A stretch of 64,000 bases of DNA from Spirochaetia bacterium (GCA_965140585.1 OZ223270.1:544001-608000), one strand, 5' to 3'. Shown: positions 1 through 10,254, numbered from the stretch's first letter. Notes: generated by a model from the sequence alone, not told the origin. Numbers and translations: made by a program.

Positions 1-538
1 GCCTGCGTCCCGATATAACACATAGAATGGTTTGCTGAAGTGTCATATCTCCGGATTTTATAGCTCCGCTCCACTGGAATATCTTCTCTCCCTCGGACAG
101 CCGGATTGGATACAGCCAGAACTCAATGGAAAAATCGTTGATTTTTCCGTTTCCTGCAGCTAGCAGGGCGGCTCGTCCAGGTGAAAGCTCCACAAAGGCA
201 TTATCACCGGGAAAGGCTCCTGCCTGTTCACCAAGTTTTTTTTCCTTGCTAGTCGTAAGAATTCCCTGATTCCTGACCAGGGTATAATTTCCGCTTCTGT
301 CCGCTATATTGCCATTGAAATGGAGGAGCATATCTGTGTCATCAGAAACCTGGTATTCGTTATTTTTCAGCTGAATGTTTGACATTCCCTGAGCCGATTC
401 CGAGTAGGTAATATTATCTCTTATCCTTATCTGATCCCAGCTGCCGTTCCCGACAATAATTTCCTGTGAGAGTACGGCTGATGCTGATACCAGAAAGAAT
501 AAAAAGACTGTTATCAGTATTTTCTGTGTTTTAAACAT
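1..538 (-). CDS. Secreted LamG-like (concanavalin-A fold) domain protein, runs off the window start
   Basis: Manual translation from ATG at 538: MFKTQKILITVFLFFLVSASAVLSQ (signal peptide)...MLLHFN...DFSIEFWLYP, a LamG-type motif; frame stays open to base 1. Confidence 0.6.
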   Translation of the reverse strand, partial: MFKTQKILITVFLFFLVSASAVLSQEIIVGNGSWDQIRIRDNITYSESAQGMSNIQLKNNEYQVSDDTDMLLHFNGNIADRSGNYTLVRNQGILTTSKEKKLGEQAGAFPGDNAFVELSPGRAALLAAGNGKINDFSIEFWLYPIRLSEGEKIFQWSGAIKSGDMTLQQTILCVISGRR

Positions 539-599
539 ATCTTCTCTTTAATAATCGGAAATAATTTTCTATTTCTGTATTACGTATTATTATAATTAT

Positions 600-2390
600 A
601 TGGATAAGCTTAAAGCTGTAGCTGCTGAATTTCCAGGACTTCCCGGTGTTTATATCATGAAAAACAGTTCGGGGAAGGTAATCTATGTCGGAAAGGCTAT
701 TAATCTTAAAAAAAGGGTCAGTTCTTACTTTCTGGGGAAGAAGGATCCTAAAACGAGTGTTCTTGTAAAGAAGATCTCAACAATTGAACATATAGTCACT
801 GATTCCGAGTACGAAGCCCTGCTTCTGGAAAACATACTGATAAAAAAATACAACCCCCGATATAACATTCGCCTAAAAGACGGAAAAACCTATCCTGTAA
901 TCAGAATTACAAATGAGGAATTTCCTCAGGTTTTTAAAACCAGGCGGATTATCCGTGACGGTTCCAAATATTTCGGCCCCTTTGCTTCGGCGGGACTGCT
1001 CAATGTTTACATGGACACAATTGAGAAGATTTTTCCGCTGAGGCGCTGCCGCGGTGCGCTGAAAAAGCGGCAGAATCCCTGTCTTTACTACCATATAGGC
1101 CGCTGCTCAGCTCCCTGTGCAGGGAAAATATCAGCCGAAGACTACGGCGGTATTATTGCCCAGGTTGAAGAGTTAATCTCCGGTGACAGTGAAGATCTGA
1201 AAAACTGGCTGAATGAGAGGATGCAGGAAGCCTCTGAAAAGCTGGAGTTTGAAAAGGCTGCCGGATTCAGGGATGCGATCATTGCTGCTGAATCGATTGA
1301 AAATGAGGCAGGCCAGAATATAATCGATTTTAACGAAATTACCCGTGATTATATTGCCTGTGATTCATGGAACGATAAATACACCTTTACTGTTCTTCAA
1401 ATGAGAGGTGGAAAACTCACCGGACGGGAGTTATTTAGAAATGATTTTCCCGGTGGAGATGAAGAAGCTTTTGAACAGTTTGTTGTACAGTTCTATTCAG
1501 ACGGGAACGAGATTCCCCGGCAGCTTTATTTTTCAAAGCTTTTTGATACTGTAAATCTGAAGAATTTCTTCATCTCGGAACTGGAACACGAAGTTGAGAT
1601 GTTTTTTCCGGAGAATGGCAGGCATTTCTCGGTTGTAAAGATGGCTGAAGAAAATGCCCGGCAGGATATTCTCAAAAGAAAGAAGGATGCTGGTGATGTC
1701 GAGGGTCTGGAAAGACTTAAGGAAACGCTGGGTCTTAAGAAGATACCAGCCAGGATTGAGGGCTTTGATATAGCCCAGCTATCGGGGAAATATCCAGTTG
1801 CTTCTCTTATATCATTTGTTAACGGCATCCCTGATAAAACAGGATACAGACATTTCAATCTGAAGACTCTTGATGGAAAAATCGATGACTTTGCCTCCGT
1901 TCGTGAGGCTGTAACAAGGCGTTATACAAGGGTTCTGAACGAAGATCAGCCCCGACCCGATCTTGTACTGATCGACGGAGGCCCCGGTCAGGTAAGTGCG
2001 GCAAGAGGTGTTTTGAACGCGCTCGGTCTGGAAGATATTCCGGTTATCGGACTTGCCAAGAAGAATGAAGAAATATATATGGATAGATTCAGTAAACCGC
2101 TGAACCTGCCTGAAGGAGATCCTGCTTTGAAAATACTTCAGTATGTCAGGGATGAAACTCACCGCTTTGCTACCGGTTTGAACAAGAAGCACAGGGAGAG
2201 GGATTCGAGGTTTTCATTGCTGGAGGATGTTTCCGGCATCGGTCCTGCCAAAAGCAGGAAGCTGATGGAAACTTACGGTTCACTCAAGGGTATTGCCGCA
2301 GCAGGAAGGGCAGATGTGGCAAGAACCGCCGGGATCTCAGAGGCTGCCGCAGAAGCTCTTTTTGAAAAAATAAATAATGAAAAAATTTGA
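600..2390 (+). CDS. uvrC: Excinuclease ABC subunit C
   Basis: GIY-YIG N-terminus (PGVYIM...VIYVGKAINLKKRVSSYF), Cys cluster, RIEGFDIA, DLVLIDGGPGQ, RDETHRFA, C-terminal HhH. Confidence 0.98.
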   Translation: MDKLKAVAAEFPGLPGVYIMKNSSGKVIYVGKAINLKKRVSSYFLGKKDPKTSVLVKKISTIEHIVTDSEYEALLLENILIKKYNPRYNIRLKDGKTYPVIRITNEEFPQVFKTRRIIRDGSKYFGPFASAGLLNVYMDTIEKIFPLRRCRGALKKRQNPCLYYHIGRCSAPCAGKISAEDYGGIIAQVEELISGDSEDLKNWLNERMQEASEKLEFEKAAGFRDAIIAAESIENEAGQNIIDFNEITRDYIACDSWNDKYTFTVLQMRGGKLTGRELFRNDFPGGDEEAFEQFVVQFYSDGNEIPRQLYFSKLFDTVNLKNFFISELEHEVEMFFPENGRHFSVVKMAEENARQDILKRKKDAGDVEGLERLKETLGLKKIPARIEGFDIAQLSGKYPVASLISFVNGIPDKTGYRHFNLKTLDGKIDDFASVREAVTRRYTRVLNEDQPRPDLVLIDGGPGQVSAARGVLNALGLEDIPVIGLAKKNEEIYMDRFSKPLNLPEGDPALKILQYVRDETHRFATGLNKKHRERDSRFSLLEDVSGIGPAKSRKLMETYGSLKGIAAAGRADVARTAGISEAAAEALFEKINNEKI

Positions 2391-2415
2391 CTTTTAGATC
2401 CAATTGGGCTAAATT
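2387..2415 (+). promoter_or_regulatory. Putative sigma70 promoter for the downstream structured RNA
   Basis: TTGACT (2387-2392), 17 bp spacer, TAAATT (2410-2415). Confidence 0.5.
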
Positions 2416-2421
2416 TATATT

Positions 2422-2624
2422 GTAAGAGGTAATCAAGCCGAAAGGCTCTAAAATGCAACAAGGAGGAGATAATGACTCCACCTAAATGGAATCGCCGGTA
2501 ATGAGCCGGCTTACAGCAGATGTTATAGAGAGAGGTCATAGACCTATAAAAGAGTGAGAATTCAGCAGTCGCAGAGAGACGCCTCTGAATTTTCTAAAGC
2601 CGGTAATCAGTCCGGCTTTTTTTT
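2422..2624 (+). ncRNA. Candidate multi-hairpin small RNA, possibly encoding the 9-aa peptide MTPPKWNRR (2472-2501)
   Basis: Upstream promoter, six successive hairpins, recurrent G(G/A)TAAT(C/G)A motif, intrinsic terminator at the end. Confidence 0.45.
2596..2624 (+). terminator. Rho-independent terminator
   Basis: AAAGCCGG-taatcagt-CCGGCTTT followed by a T-run. Confidence 0.8.
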
Positions 2625-2735
2625 ATCCTGTCAATATTTATACCTGAAAACCAAGCCTGTACTTAAAGAACAATTCTAAAAATTCTTTGATATTTTCCTT
2701 CATTCCATATATAGTTTGAATATAAAGAGCTGAAA

Positions 2736-3764
2736 ATGAAAAAATATCTGAATATTCTTATTATTCTTTTAATTATGTCTGCTTCTGTTTTCGCGGAAGA
2801 TATCAGCGTGCTGACTGTAAATGCCTGGCCTGGTCTTGATTACAGAGGCCTGATTTTTTCCGGTGAATTTGAAACCGATGAAGTGCGGAATTTCAGGACT
2901 GAAATACTTGAGAAAGAGCTAACTGATCTCAATCCTGATATTGCAGTAATTACAGGAGCCAACCCAGCTTCTGATTTCGCGGAACTTCTGTCAGAGCCTC
3001 TCGGGATGACGGCAGGTTACCGGATCTCACGGAGCGGTTTCAGGATTGGCTCTGTCGGCCTTCCGCTTAACCTTAAAGAAGGCAGCTTAATTCTTGTAGA
3101 TAATGAATATCCCAGTGAGGATATGGATTATAAAAACCTTAATCGGGGTCTGTCATTTAAAAACTTTTCTGCTTTCTCAAAGAATATGCATCAGATTTAC
3201 TGTCGAAAGGCGGTTATCGATAATACGACCGTTTTTATATTTGCTGTAGAATGGGAAGAATCTATCTTTGCAGATCGTGAGACTCTTTCTATGCTGATGG
3301 ATGACTATCTGTCCGGAAAACTTGAAGCCGAGGCTTATGCCGAATGTATCGATGACGCAGTTAAAGGATCTGAAACAAGACTTAAGCAGGCGGAAGAAAG
3401 CCTGGCATTTATAAATAATATTGCAGGAGAAAATCCTGTAATACTTATGGGCAGTCTTAACGGACTACCAGGGAGCCCTGAAATAAGTCTGCTTAAAGAT
3501 GCCGGGTTTACCGATGCTTTTGAATCTGCCGGCCGGGGTAATGGAAATACTCTGGACAGTGATCGAAACCCGAATATTGAAAAGGCCGGGGAAGCGGCTG
3601 TACAGGGCTCATATAGAACCGACTATATTATGATAAGGGGAGCTCAGCTTAAGGCGGTTTCTGCAAAGCTTGTATTTAACGAGGCTGTGTACGGTGTATT
3701 TCCTTCGAACCGTTTTGGTGTGCAGGCAACTGTCAGATTGACAGCCGCCCCTTCTTCTCGATAA
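2736..3764 (+). CDS. Secreted endonuclease/exonuclease/phosphatase-family protein with degenerate catalytic motifs
   Basis: Signal peptide; VLTVNAW, VILMGSLN, RTDYIM and FPSNRFGV correspond to EEP motifs (usually GDFN and SDH). Confidence 0.7.
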   Translation: MKKYLNILIILLIMSASVFAEDISVLTVNAWPGLDYRGLIFSGEFETDEVRNFRTEILEKELTDLNPDIAVITGANPASDFAELLSEPLGMTAGYRISRSGFRIGSVGLPLNLKEGSLILVDNEYPSEDMDYKNLNRGLSFKNFSAFSKNMHQIYCRKAVIDNTTVFIFAVEWEESIFADRETLSMLMDDYLSGKLEAEAYAECIDDAVKGSETRLKQAEESLAFINNIAGENPVILMGSLNGLPGSPEISLLKDAGFTDAFESAGRGNGNTLDSDRNPNIEKAGEAAVQGSYRTDYIMIRGAQLKAVSAKLVFNEAVYGVFPSNRFGVQATVRLTAAPSSR

Positions 3765-4710
3765 GACAGTAGATATACATCTGAGCAGTAATTTCTTTCT
3801 GTTCCTGTCTTGCCGTTCTAAGCTTGATGTCGTATTCCGCAGTCAGTGAAATTATTCTTTCAATATCGCTTCTTTTATAGTGCTTCAGGGCTTCCGAGTA
3901 GGTTGCCTGGGCTTTTTTTCCTTTAATGCCTGATTTGAAGCAGGCGCTCTGAAAGCTTTCACCCATTTCAATTTCACGGGCCAGCCTGAGAAGATTTCTG
4001 AGCTGCCAGAGAAGGCCGCTGAGCAGCTGTACTGTATTGCTGTCGCTTCCAAGCATAATCTTCTGCAGAATATCAACAGATCCTGGAAAGTCGGTAGCTG
4101 CAATCCGGTTAAAGAGTGAGAATACATTCTCCTCTTTTCCATGGTAGAAGAAGGTTTCAATCTCATCTCTGCTAATGAATGCGCCTTCACCGAAAAATAA
4201 TGCAAGCTTTTCACACTCTCTTTTCATATCTGCGGTATTGTTTTCAATTAGGTTCAGAAGCAGTTCTACAGCATCGGTATCTATGGAAATTCTACGGTTC
4301 TTGAAGAAGCCGGACAGCCAGCCCTTTTTCTGGTTGTCAAAAAGCTCCCAGAATATCTTTGAATTTTTTTTCGGGATGTGTTTCCCCAGACCGTTTTTCA
4401 GTGATGTTTCATCGGTCAGAAAGACTATTACTGTGTCAGGCGCAGGGTTTTTAAGATAAGCTCCGAACTCATCAGCTTCTGTTTTTTTAAGAAGTTCCGC
4501 CTGCCCGATAATAAATATTCTGGCGGCGGCAAAGAGAGAGCCGTTTTTTACCTGCGAAAGAATCTCCTGGATTGATGTCTCAAAAGGATAGAAACGGTGT
4601 GTTTCTGGGGCTTCTCCGTTTTTATCGGTAAGTCCGGTCTTTATCTGACTGAGAAATATCTGTTTTTCACCTTCTTCAGGCCCGGCAAGGAGCCAGCAGT
4701 GATCAGTCAT
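3733..4710 (-). CDS. holA: DNA polymerase III subunit delta
   Basis: WLLAGPEEGEK, NGSLFA, ECEKL, EENVFSLF; probable start MTDH at 4710 overlapping the lexA stop. Confidence 0.9.
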   Translation of the reverse strand: MTDHCWLLAGPEEGEKQIFLSQIKTGLTDKNGEAPETHRFYPFETSIQEILSQVKNGSLFAAARIFIIGQAELLKKTEADEFGAYLKNPAPDTVIVFLTDETSLKNGLGKHIPKKNSKIFWELFDNQKKGWLSGFFKNRRISIDTDAVELLLNLIENNTADMKRECEKLALFFGEGAFISRDEIETFFYHGKEENVFSLFNRIAATDFPGSVDILQKIMLGSDSNTVQLLSGLLWQLRNLLRLAREIEMGESFQSACFKSGIKGKKAQATYSEALKHYKRSDIERIISLTAEYDIKLRTARQEQKEITAQMYIYCLIEKKGRLSI

Positions 4711-5311
4711 AGTCCCTGACGATGCATTTAAGTTTACCAAGAACCTTTACGTTCTGTGTGTATATTGGAGGATAAACCGGGTTTTCTGCCTTAAGCTTGA
4801 CCCTGTTTTTTTCCTTGAAGAATCTTTTCAGTGTATAGGCTTCGTCATTAACCATAGCTACGACAATATCTCCATTTTCTGCAGTTTGTCTGTGTGTGAA
4901 GATGGCAATATCACCGTCAAGGATACCAGCCTCCTGCATACTGTCTCCGCTAACGTGAAGTGCAAAGAATTTACCGCCTGAAAACCTGGCCGCCGGCATA
5001 TTCAGCATACCTTCATAGTTTTCCTCAGCAAACAGAGGCAGCCCCGCAGCGACCTTTCCAAGTATCGGAATGTTTACTGTTTCAGGCTTGTTTTCATTTT
5101 CATTGTCGATAATCTCAATTGTTCTTGAACGGTTGCCGTCACACCGGATTCGGCCCTTTTTTTCCAGAGCCTTTATGTGATCGTACGCGCCTTTTACTGA
5201 TATGTTAAATGATGCGGCCATCTCCCTGATAGTCGGCGGATAGCTGTGCTTATCGATATAGTATTTGATAAAATTGAGTGTCTCTTCCTGTCTTTTTGTC
5301 AGTCCCTTCAT
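4703..5311 (-). CDS. lexA: SOS repressor LexA
   Basis: LTKRQ...YPPTIREM wHTH; VAAG cleavage site; GDSM catalytic Ser; TLKR catalytic Lys. Confidence 0.97.
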   Translation of the reverse strand: MKGLTKRQEETLNFIKYYIDKHSYPPTIREMAASFNISVKGAYDHIKALEKKGRIRCDGNRSRTIEIIDNENENKPETVNIPILGKVAAGLPLFAEENYEGMLNMPAARFSGGKFFALHVSGDSMQEAGILDGDIAIFTHRQTAENGDIVVAMVNDEAYTLKRFFKEKNRVKLKAENPVYPPIYTQNVKVLGKLKCIVRDYD

Positions 5312-6684
5312 TTTAATATCTCAATTCCGAATTTCTTGATTTTACCATGCAGGTTGCTTGGATATATTCCCAGTTTCTGAGCAGTCTTAGCTACATTATA
5401 ATCATTTTCTTCAAGTTTTTGAAGTATGAACATCCTCTCAAACTCATCTCTTGCCTCGGAAAGTTTCATCATTCCGAATTTTTTCATCACAGGATCAGAT
5501 TCTTTCTTCTCTTCGGCTCCGGGATAAAGAAACTCCTTTGCAGATTTTTCAGAAATTACAGCTTCCCCTGTCATGATTGTAACACGCTCTACGAAGTTCT
5601 TCAGTTCGCGGACGTTTCCAGGCCAGGAATAATTCATAATTATTTCCATTGCTTCATCCGAAAACAAGCGTGGGGCGGTATTCTGAATTCCAGCCTGAAG
5701 CTTTACAAAATGTTCTACAAGAAGCGGAATATCTTCTTTTCGATCTTTAAGTGCCGGAACAAATATAGGCACAACATTGAGCCGGAAAAAAAGGTCTTCT
5801 CTGAAATTACCTGAAGCAATCTCTTCACGGATATCCTTGTTGGTAGCTGCTATTATCCGTACATCAACTGTAATGGTTTTTTCACTGCCGACACGTTCAA
5901 AGCGCATTTCCTGAATGGCTCGCAGAACCTTCGCCTGTGCGTTCAGCGACATATCAGCTACTTCGTCCAGAAACAGAGTCCCTCCGTCAGCCATTTCAAA
6001 TTTACCTTTACGGTTCTCAACTGCACCGGTAAACGAGCCCTTCTCGTGACCGAAAAGCTCACTTTCGATCAGGGTATCGGGAATTGCCGCGCAGTTTACC
6101 TCAATAAAGGGCTTATCATTTCTCATCGAGCCCTGATGAATTCCATGGGCGACGAGTTCTTTACCGGTTCCATTGTCACCGGTAATCAGGATCTTTGCAT
6201 CTGATTTTGCACTTTGTTCAATAGTCTTTCGTATAGCCTGGACTGCAGGACTTTCTCCGATAATTTCATTTAAATTGTCGGAGGGTGTTTTAGCCTTGAG
6301 TTTCTTGTTCTCGGTTTTAAGCGAGTTCATCGCTACCGCATTTCTGGCCAGAGTTATCAGCTTGTCTAGTGAAAGAGGCTTTTCAAGGAAATCAAAGGCT
6401 CCCAGTTTGACTGCCTTAACCGCGAGATCGATATTGGCATGACCGGATATAATTATGACCTCAATTTCAGGATAGTCTGTTTTGATTTTCTTAAGTACGT
6501 CTATACCTCCCATATTAGGGAGCCAGACATCAAGAATTACAAGATGGATAGGCTGGCTTGATAATATATTAAGGCCCTCAATACCGTCACCTGCATCATA
6601 TACAGTGTACTTTTCATCTTCAAAAATATCCCGGAGAACTGTCCTGATTCCATTTTCATCATCGATGACAAGAATATTTGCCAA
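5308..6684 (-). CDS. Sigma-54-dependent response regulator, NtrX-like
   Basis: REC domain (LDVWLP), GDNGTGKE, ELFGHEKGSFTGA, WPGNVREL, Fis-type HTH. Confidence 0.92.
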   Translation of the reverse strand: MANILVIDDENGIRTVLRDIFEDEKYTVYDAGDGIEGLNILSSQPIHLVILDVWLPNMGGIDVLKKIKTDYPEIEVIIISGHANIDLAVKAVKLGAFDFLEKPLSLDKLITLARNAVAMNSLKTENKKLKAKTPSDNLNEIIGESPAVQAIRKTIEQSAKSDAKILITGDNGTGKELVAHGIHQGSMRNDKPFIEVNCAAIPDTLIESELFGHEKGSFTGAVENRKGKFEMADGGTLFLDEVADMSLNAQAKVLRAIQEMRFERVGSEKTITVDVRIIAATNKDIREEIASGNFREDLFFRLNVVPIFVPALKDRKEDIPLLVEHFVKLQAGIQNTAPRLFSDEAMEIIMNYSWPGNVRELKNFVERVTIMTGEAVISEKSAKEFLYPGAEEKKESDPVMKKFGMMKLSEARDEFERMFILQKLEENDYNVAKTAQKLGIYPSNLHGKIKKFGIEILK

Positions 6685-6688
6685 AATT

Positions 6689-8452
6689 CTACTCCACTGG
6701 AAGGTCTATAAAAAATGTAGTGCCATGACCCTTGTCTGTTTCAAACCAGATTTGTCCACGGTGATCGAAGATAATACGTTCAACAATAGGTAGACCAAGT
6801 CCGGATCCCTCTCTCTTGGTTGTGAAATAAGGATTGAAAACCTGTGAATAATCCTCAACATCAATACCGGAGCCTGAATCCTGAACCCTGATTCTACAGT
6901 AACTTGAATCACCCTTTCTGACAAGGTCGGTTTGGATATTAATTCGGCCTTCATTCCCTTCGATCGCCTCACAGGCGTTTTTAATCAAATTGAGAAACAC
7001 ACTTTTAAGAAGATCTGCATCTGCGGGAAGGTTTATAGATTCATCAATTCTCTCAAGATTGAAAATTATGCCGGGGTATGAGCTCTTATACAGTTCTGCT
7101 GCATCTTTTATTACAGCCGCTATCTGAATTGTCTGGAATACCGGAGCGGGGAGCTTGGAAAAATCCCGGAATTCCTTTAATAGGTTATCAAGGTAGTTAA
7201 CCTCTGTAATTATTGCGACTATTGAAGGTTCAATTACCTTGATCAGATTTTCCGGATCGGTATGGTATTTTTTTAGAATTCTTTCAGCACTCAGTTTTAT
7301 CGGCGTAAGAGGGTTTCTCAGTTCATGCGCAAGCTGTCTGGCGATATCCTGCCATGCCGTGATTTTTTCGGTTTGAAGAATTTTTTTTCTGGAGTTTTCA
7401 AGTTCTCCGATCATCATGTTGAATGAGCGGATAAGGTTTGAAAGCTCATCGCCGCTTCTTGTAAGAATACGGAATGAGTAATCTCCCTCTGTTACTTTCC
7501 TTGTCGCGCCCTCAAGGCTGACTATCGGACGGATAACTTCTTCACTCAGCAGGAATGAAATCAGCAGGGAAATCAGTATAAGGGGGATGGTAAAAAAGAT
7601 ATAAAAAATCATCAGCAGTAGTGAGAAGTCCTGCTGATTTTTCTGGTAATTGAGAAACACCTCTCGTGCGTCTGTAAGGGCCCGGGCAGTTTCGTCCAGG
7701 CTTTCAGGCAGGGCAATACTGATTATGGCGGCAAACTGCCTGCCGGCACTGATAAACTGCTGCTGATAACGTATGAGGCTCAGGTTCTCAAGATCTTCAC
7801 GGGGCAGCATTCCACTGAAACCGGCAGGTCTTGTTTCGGAATCAATCAGCGCCGCTTCGAGTCCTTCGCTGAATACTTCATCACCTTCCTCATTAAAAAT
7901 CTGAACTGCATCTATGCCTGGATTGGCGTTATTGATGTTGTACCAGGTTCGTCTCGGTGAGCGCACAAAATCCGAAAGCATATCATTGAGGATTGGGCTC
8001 TCCGCAAAATTCTCAAGGTTTTCAAGCTGATCATTGTAGTATGTAAGTGCCAGGTTGAGTCCGCCGCTGATTGCCTTGCCTATTTCCGGTGAAAACCAGG
8101 TGTTAATCGAAGTATTTACAAATTTCATAGATACTATACTCTGCGGAATTGAAGACATAAGTACGATCAGAGAGAAGAAGAGCATCAAATGTGTTTTAAG
8201 TTTGGAACCGGGAACGTTTTTCTTACGATCAAGAAAAAGCCGTCTGGTATTATAGATAACCGCTGCAAGCAGAAATCCGGGCAGTATTACGGCTGCAGGA
8301 ATAATGATTAGGTTTGAAACACCCCGATCCGATGGCATATCTAGAAGGATTTGACCGATCAGAATTATTATAAGTACTATGAGTGTTAAATAAATCAGAA
8401 CTACTGCGGCCAGGCCGGTGCCCGAAGCGCTTCGTCTTTTTTCATTCAGCAT
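6689..8452 (-). CDS. HAMP sensor histidine kinase, NtrY-like
   Basis: TM helices, HAMP, AWQDIARQLAHELRNPLTPI H-box, GSGLGL G-box. Confidence 0.92.
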   Translation of the reverse strand: MLNEKRRSASGTGLAAVVLIYLTLIVLIIILIGQILLDMPSDRGVSNLIIIPAAVILPGFLLAAVIYNTRRLFLDRKKNVPGSKLKTHLMLFFSLIVLMSSIPQSIVSMKFVNTSINTWFSPEIGKAISGGLNLALTYYNDQLENLENFAESPILNDMLSDFVRSPRRTWYNINNANPGIDAVQIFNEEGDEVFSEGLEAALIDSETRPAGFSGMLPREDLENLSLIRYQQQFISAGRQFAAIISIALPESLDETARALTDAREVFLNYQKNQQDFSLLLMIFYIFFTIPLILISLLISFLLSEEVIRPIVSLEGATRKVTEGDYSFRILTRSGDELSNLIRSFNMMIGELENSRKKILQTEKITAWQDIARQLAHELRNPLTPIKLSAERILKKYHTDPENLIKVIEPSIVAIITEVNYLDNLLKEFRDFSKLPAPVFQTIQIAAVIKDAAELYKSSYPGIIFNLERIDESINLPADADLLKSVFLNLIKNACEAIEGNEGRINIQTDLVRKGDSSYCRIRVQDSGSGIDVEDYSQVFNPYFTTKREGSGLGLPIVERIIFDHRGQIWFETDKGHGTTFFIDLPVE

Positions 8453-8885
8453 TTACAGAAACCCAGTCGGTTCGTGATTTTTCTGAAATCAGAAAGGGAT
8501 CAAGCATCGCCAGCGGTGAAGGCCGTTTAAGAACATCAATTGCAGCCATGCACTCAACCTTAATAAGGTTTTCGTCACCGCATGATAAGGGGAGTTCGAC
8601 CCTGCATGTGAAAAATTTTTGTATAAATTCAGCCGTCGTACTGCAGAAACTCATATTTCCGTCTCTGGTTATCATATAATTACCTGAAAGCGGATCGACT
8701 CGACCCTGGACTGTGGTTCGTATTTGTTCAGCCTTATCGAAAAGAGATGAGAGAAAACTAATATTTTTCTGATGATATCGAACCGAATAAATAATTTCTG
8801 CTCTGAAACCTTCGTTAATATTTTTTAAAATCACTTTTTCTTCTGTTGTCTGCAGGCTGATATCGATGTAACAGCCTGAATCCAT
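8442..8885 (-). CDS. Hypothetical exported protein (DUF4390-like); true start may be at 8972
   Basis: Position upstream of an ntrY-like gene; in-frame upstream extension reads as a signal peptide (see findings). Confidence 0.55.
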   Translation of the reverse strand: MDSGCYIDISLQTTEEKVILKNINEGFRAEIIYSVRYHQKNISFLSSLFDKAEQIRTTVQGRVDPLSGNYMITRDGNMSFCSTTAEFIQKFFTCRVELPLSCGDENLIKVECMAAIDVLKRPSPLAMLDPFLISEKSRTDWVSVNAE

Positions 8886-8974
8886 CTTTATTAAACTGCT
8901 GCTTATATTATCACTGTAAATAATACCTGCGGATAATATAAATAATACAGCAGGAAGGAGTTTACGATGCGTTC

Positions 8975-9241
8975 TTACTCCTCCTCAAACCTGTTTTCAA
9001 AAAGTTTTACTATAGCGTCAAGCGCTTCCTGTTCATCAGAGCCTTCTGTTATAACCTTGATGACGGAATTATATCCGGCGCCCAGCGTGATAATTCCCAT
9101 AATCGATTTGGCATTTATATTGTTATTTTCTTTCTCGAGAAATATCTGACTGTCAAATTCATTCGCTTTCTGTACTATAAGAGCCGCCGGTCTGGCGTGA
9201 ATTCCTGCCCTGTTTTTGATTGTGACTTCCTGTGTAAGCAT
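8975..9241 (-). CDS. ptsH: Phosphocarrier protein HPr
   Basis: GIHARPA (His15) and NAKSIMGI (Ser46). Confidence 0.97.
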   Translation of the reverse strand: MLTQEVTIKNRAGIHARPAALIVQKANEFDSQIFLEKENNNINAKSIMGIITLGAGYNSVIKVITEGSDEQEALDAIVKLFENRFEEE

Positions 9242-9261
9242 TCTTAACCTCTGTGTTTATT

Positions 9262-10251
9262 TTAAAGAAGATCGTTCCTGTCGTAGTATGCTGCCCTTGC
9301 GTTCTGGCCTTCAAGTCTTTTAAGAACATTCTGGTTGAACTCTTTCGCTGAATAATAGCCCAGTTTTTTAAGTCTTTCATTCATAGCAGCGGTTTCGATA
9401 ATGATCGGTATATTTCTACCCGGTCTGACCGGAACGGTAATAACCGGAATCCCTACCCCAAGGTATTCGATTTCGGTTGTATTTGCGCCTAATCGGTCAT
9501 AAACTTTATTTGAATCCCATTCTTCAAGTTCTACTACAAGCTGTACCTGTTTGCTGTCTCTGATAGCTCCGACACCGAAAAGATGGCTGATATTTAAAAT
9601 ACCGAGCCCTCTGATTTCCATATGATGACCGGCGATATCATTTACGCCTTTGCCGAGTATAAAATTACCGTTTACACAGCTCAGCTCTACGGCATCATCG
9701 GCAATAAGTCTGTGTCCGCGCTCTATGAGTTCGAGCGCTATTTCGCTTTTACCAATCCCGCTTTCACCCTTTATAAGTACGCCGATTCCGAAAACTTCAA
9801 CAAGTGTTGCGTGAATAACCTGTTTTTCTGCAAAAACAGACATCAGGATTCTGAGCAGTCGCCTGGTAAAGTCTGAAGATGTCAGATCTGTTATCAGAAT
9901 AGGAATTCCGGCTTCATCGGCTATATCGAGGAAGGCTTTTTCGGGTGAAAGACTGTGAGTAAAGATGCAGCAGGGAATCTTGTAGTTGAAGAACTTCCTG
10001 ATGTTTTCAAGATCCCCTTCGCTGACCATCTTTCTGACATAGGCCGTTTCACCGTTACCGAATATCTGTATTCTGTTGTATTGAAAACCGTCGAAAAACC
10101 CTGAAAGGGTCAGTCCTGGACGGTTAATGTCCTGCTCTCTGATGGGAGAGGCCAGACCGGGACGGCCGCAAAGGCATTTCAGGTTGAGATCGCTGTGTTC
10201 TTTTAGATCCAGATCCAGAAGATCCAGAACGGTGAAAACGTTTGACGGCAT
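9262..10251 (-). CDS. hprK: HPr kinase/phosphorylase
   Basis: GESGIGKSE, LIADD, HHMEIRGLGI, PVRPGRN. Confidence 0.97.
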   Translation of the reverse strand: MPSNVFTVLDLLDLDLKEHSDLNLKCLCGRPGLASPIREQDINRPGLTLSGFFDGFQYNRIQIFGNGETAYVRKMVSEGDLENIRKFFNYKIPCCIFTHSLSPEKAFLDIADEAGIPILITDLTSSDFTRRLLRILMSVFAEKQVIHATLVEVFGIGVLIKGESGIGKSEIALELIERGHRLIADDAVELSCVNGNFILGKGVNDIAGHHMEIRGLGILNISHLFGVGAIRDSKQVQLVVELEEWDSNKVYDRLGANTTEIEYLGVGIPVITVPVRPGRNIPIIIETAAMNERLKKLGYYSAKEFNQNVLKRLEGQNARAAYYDRNDLL

Positions 10252-10254
10252 ATT

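Noticed and set aside
2422-2624. Known housekeeping RNA (tmRNA, RNase P, SRP, 6S)
   Set aside because: No tRNA-like ends, RNase P core motifs, SRP loop or single long-rod structure recognised
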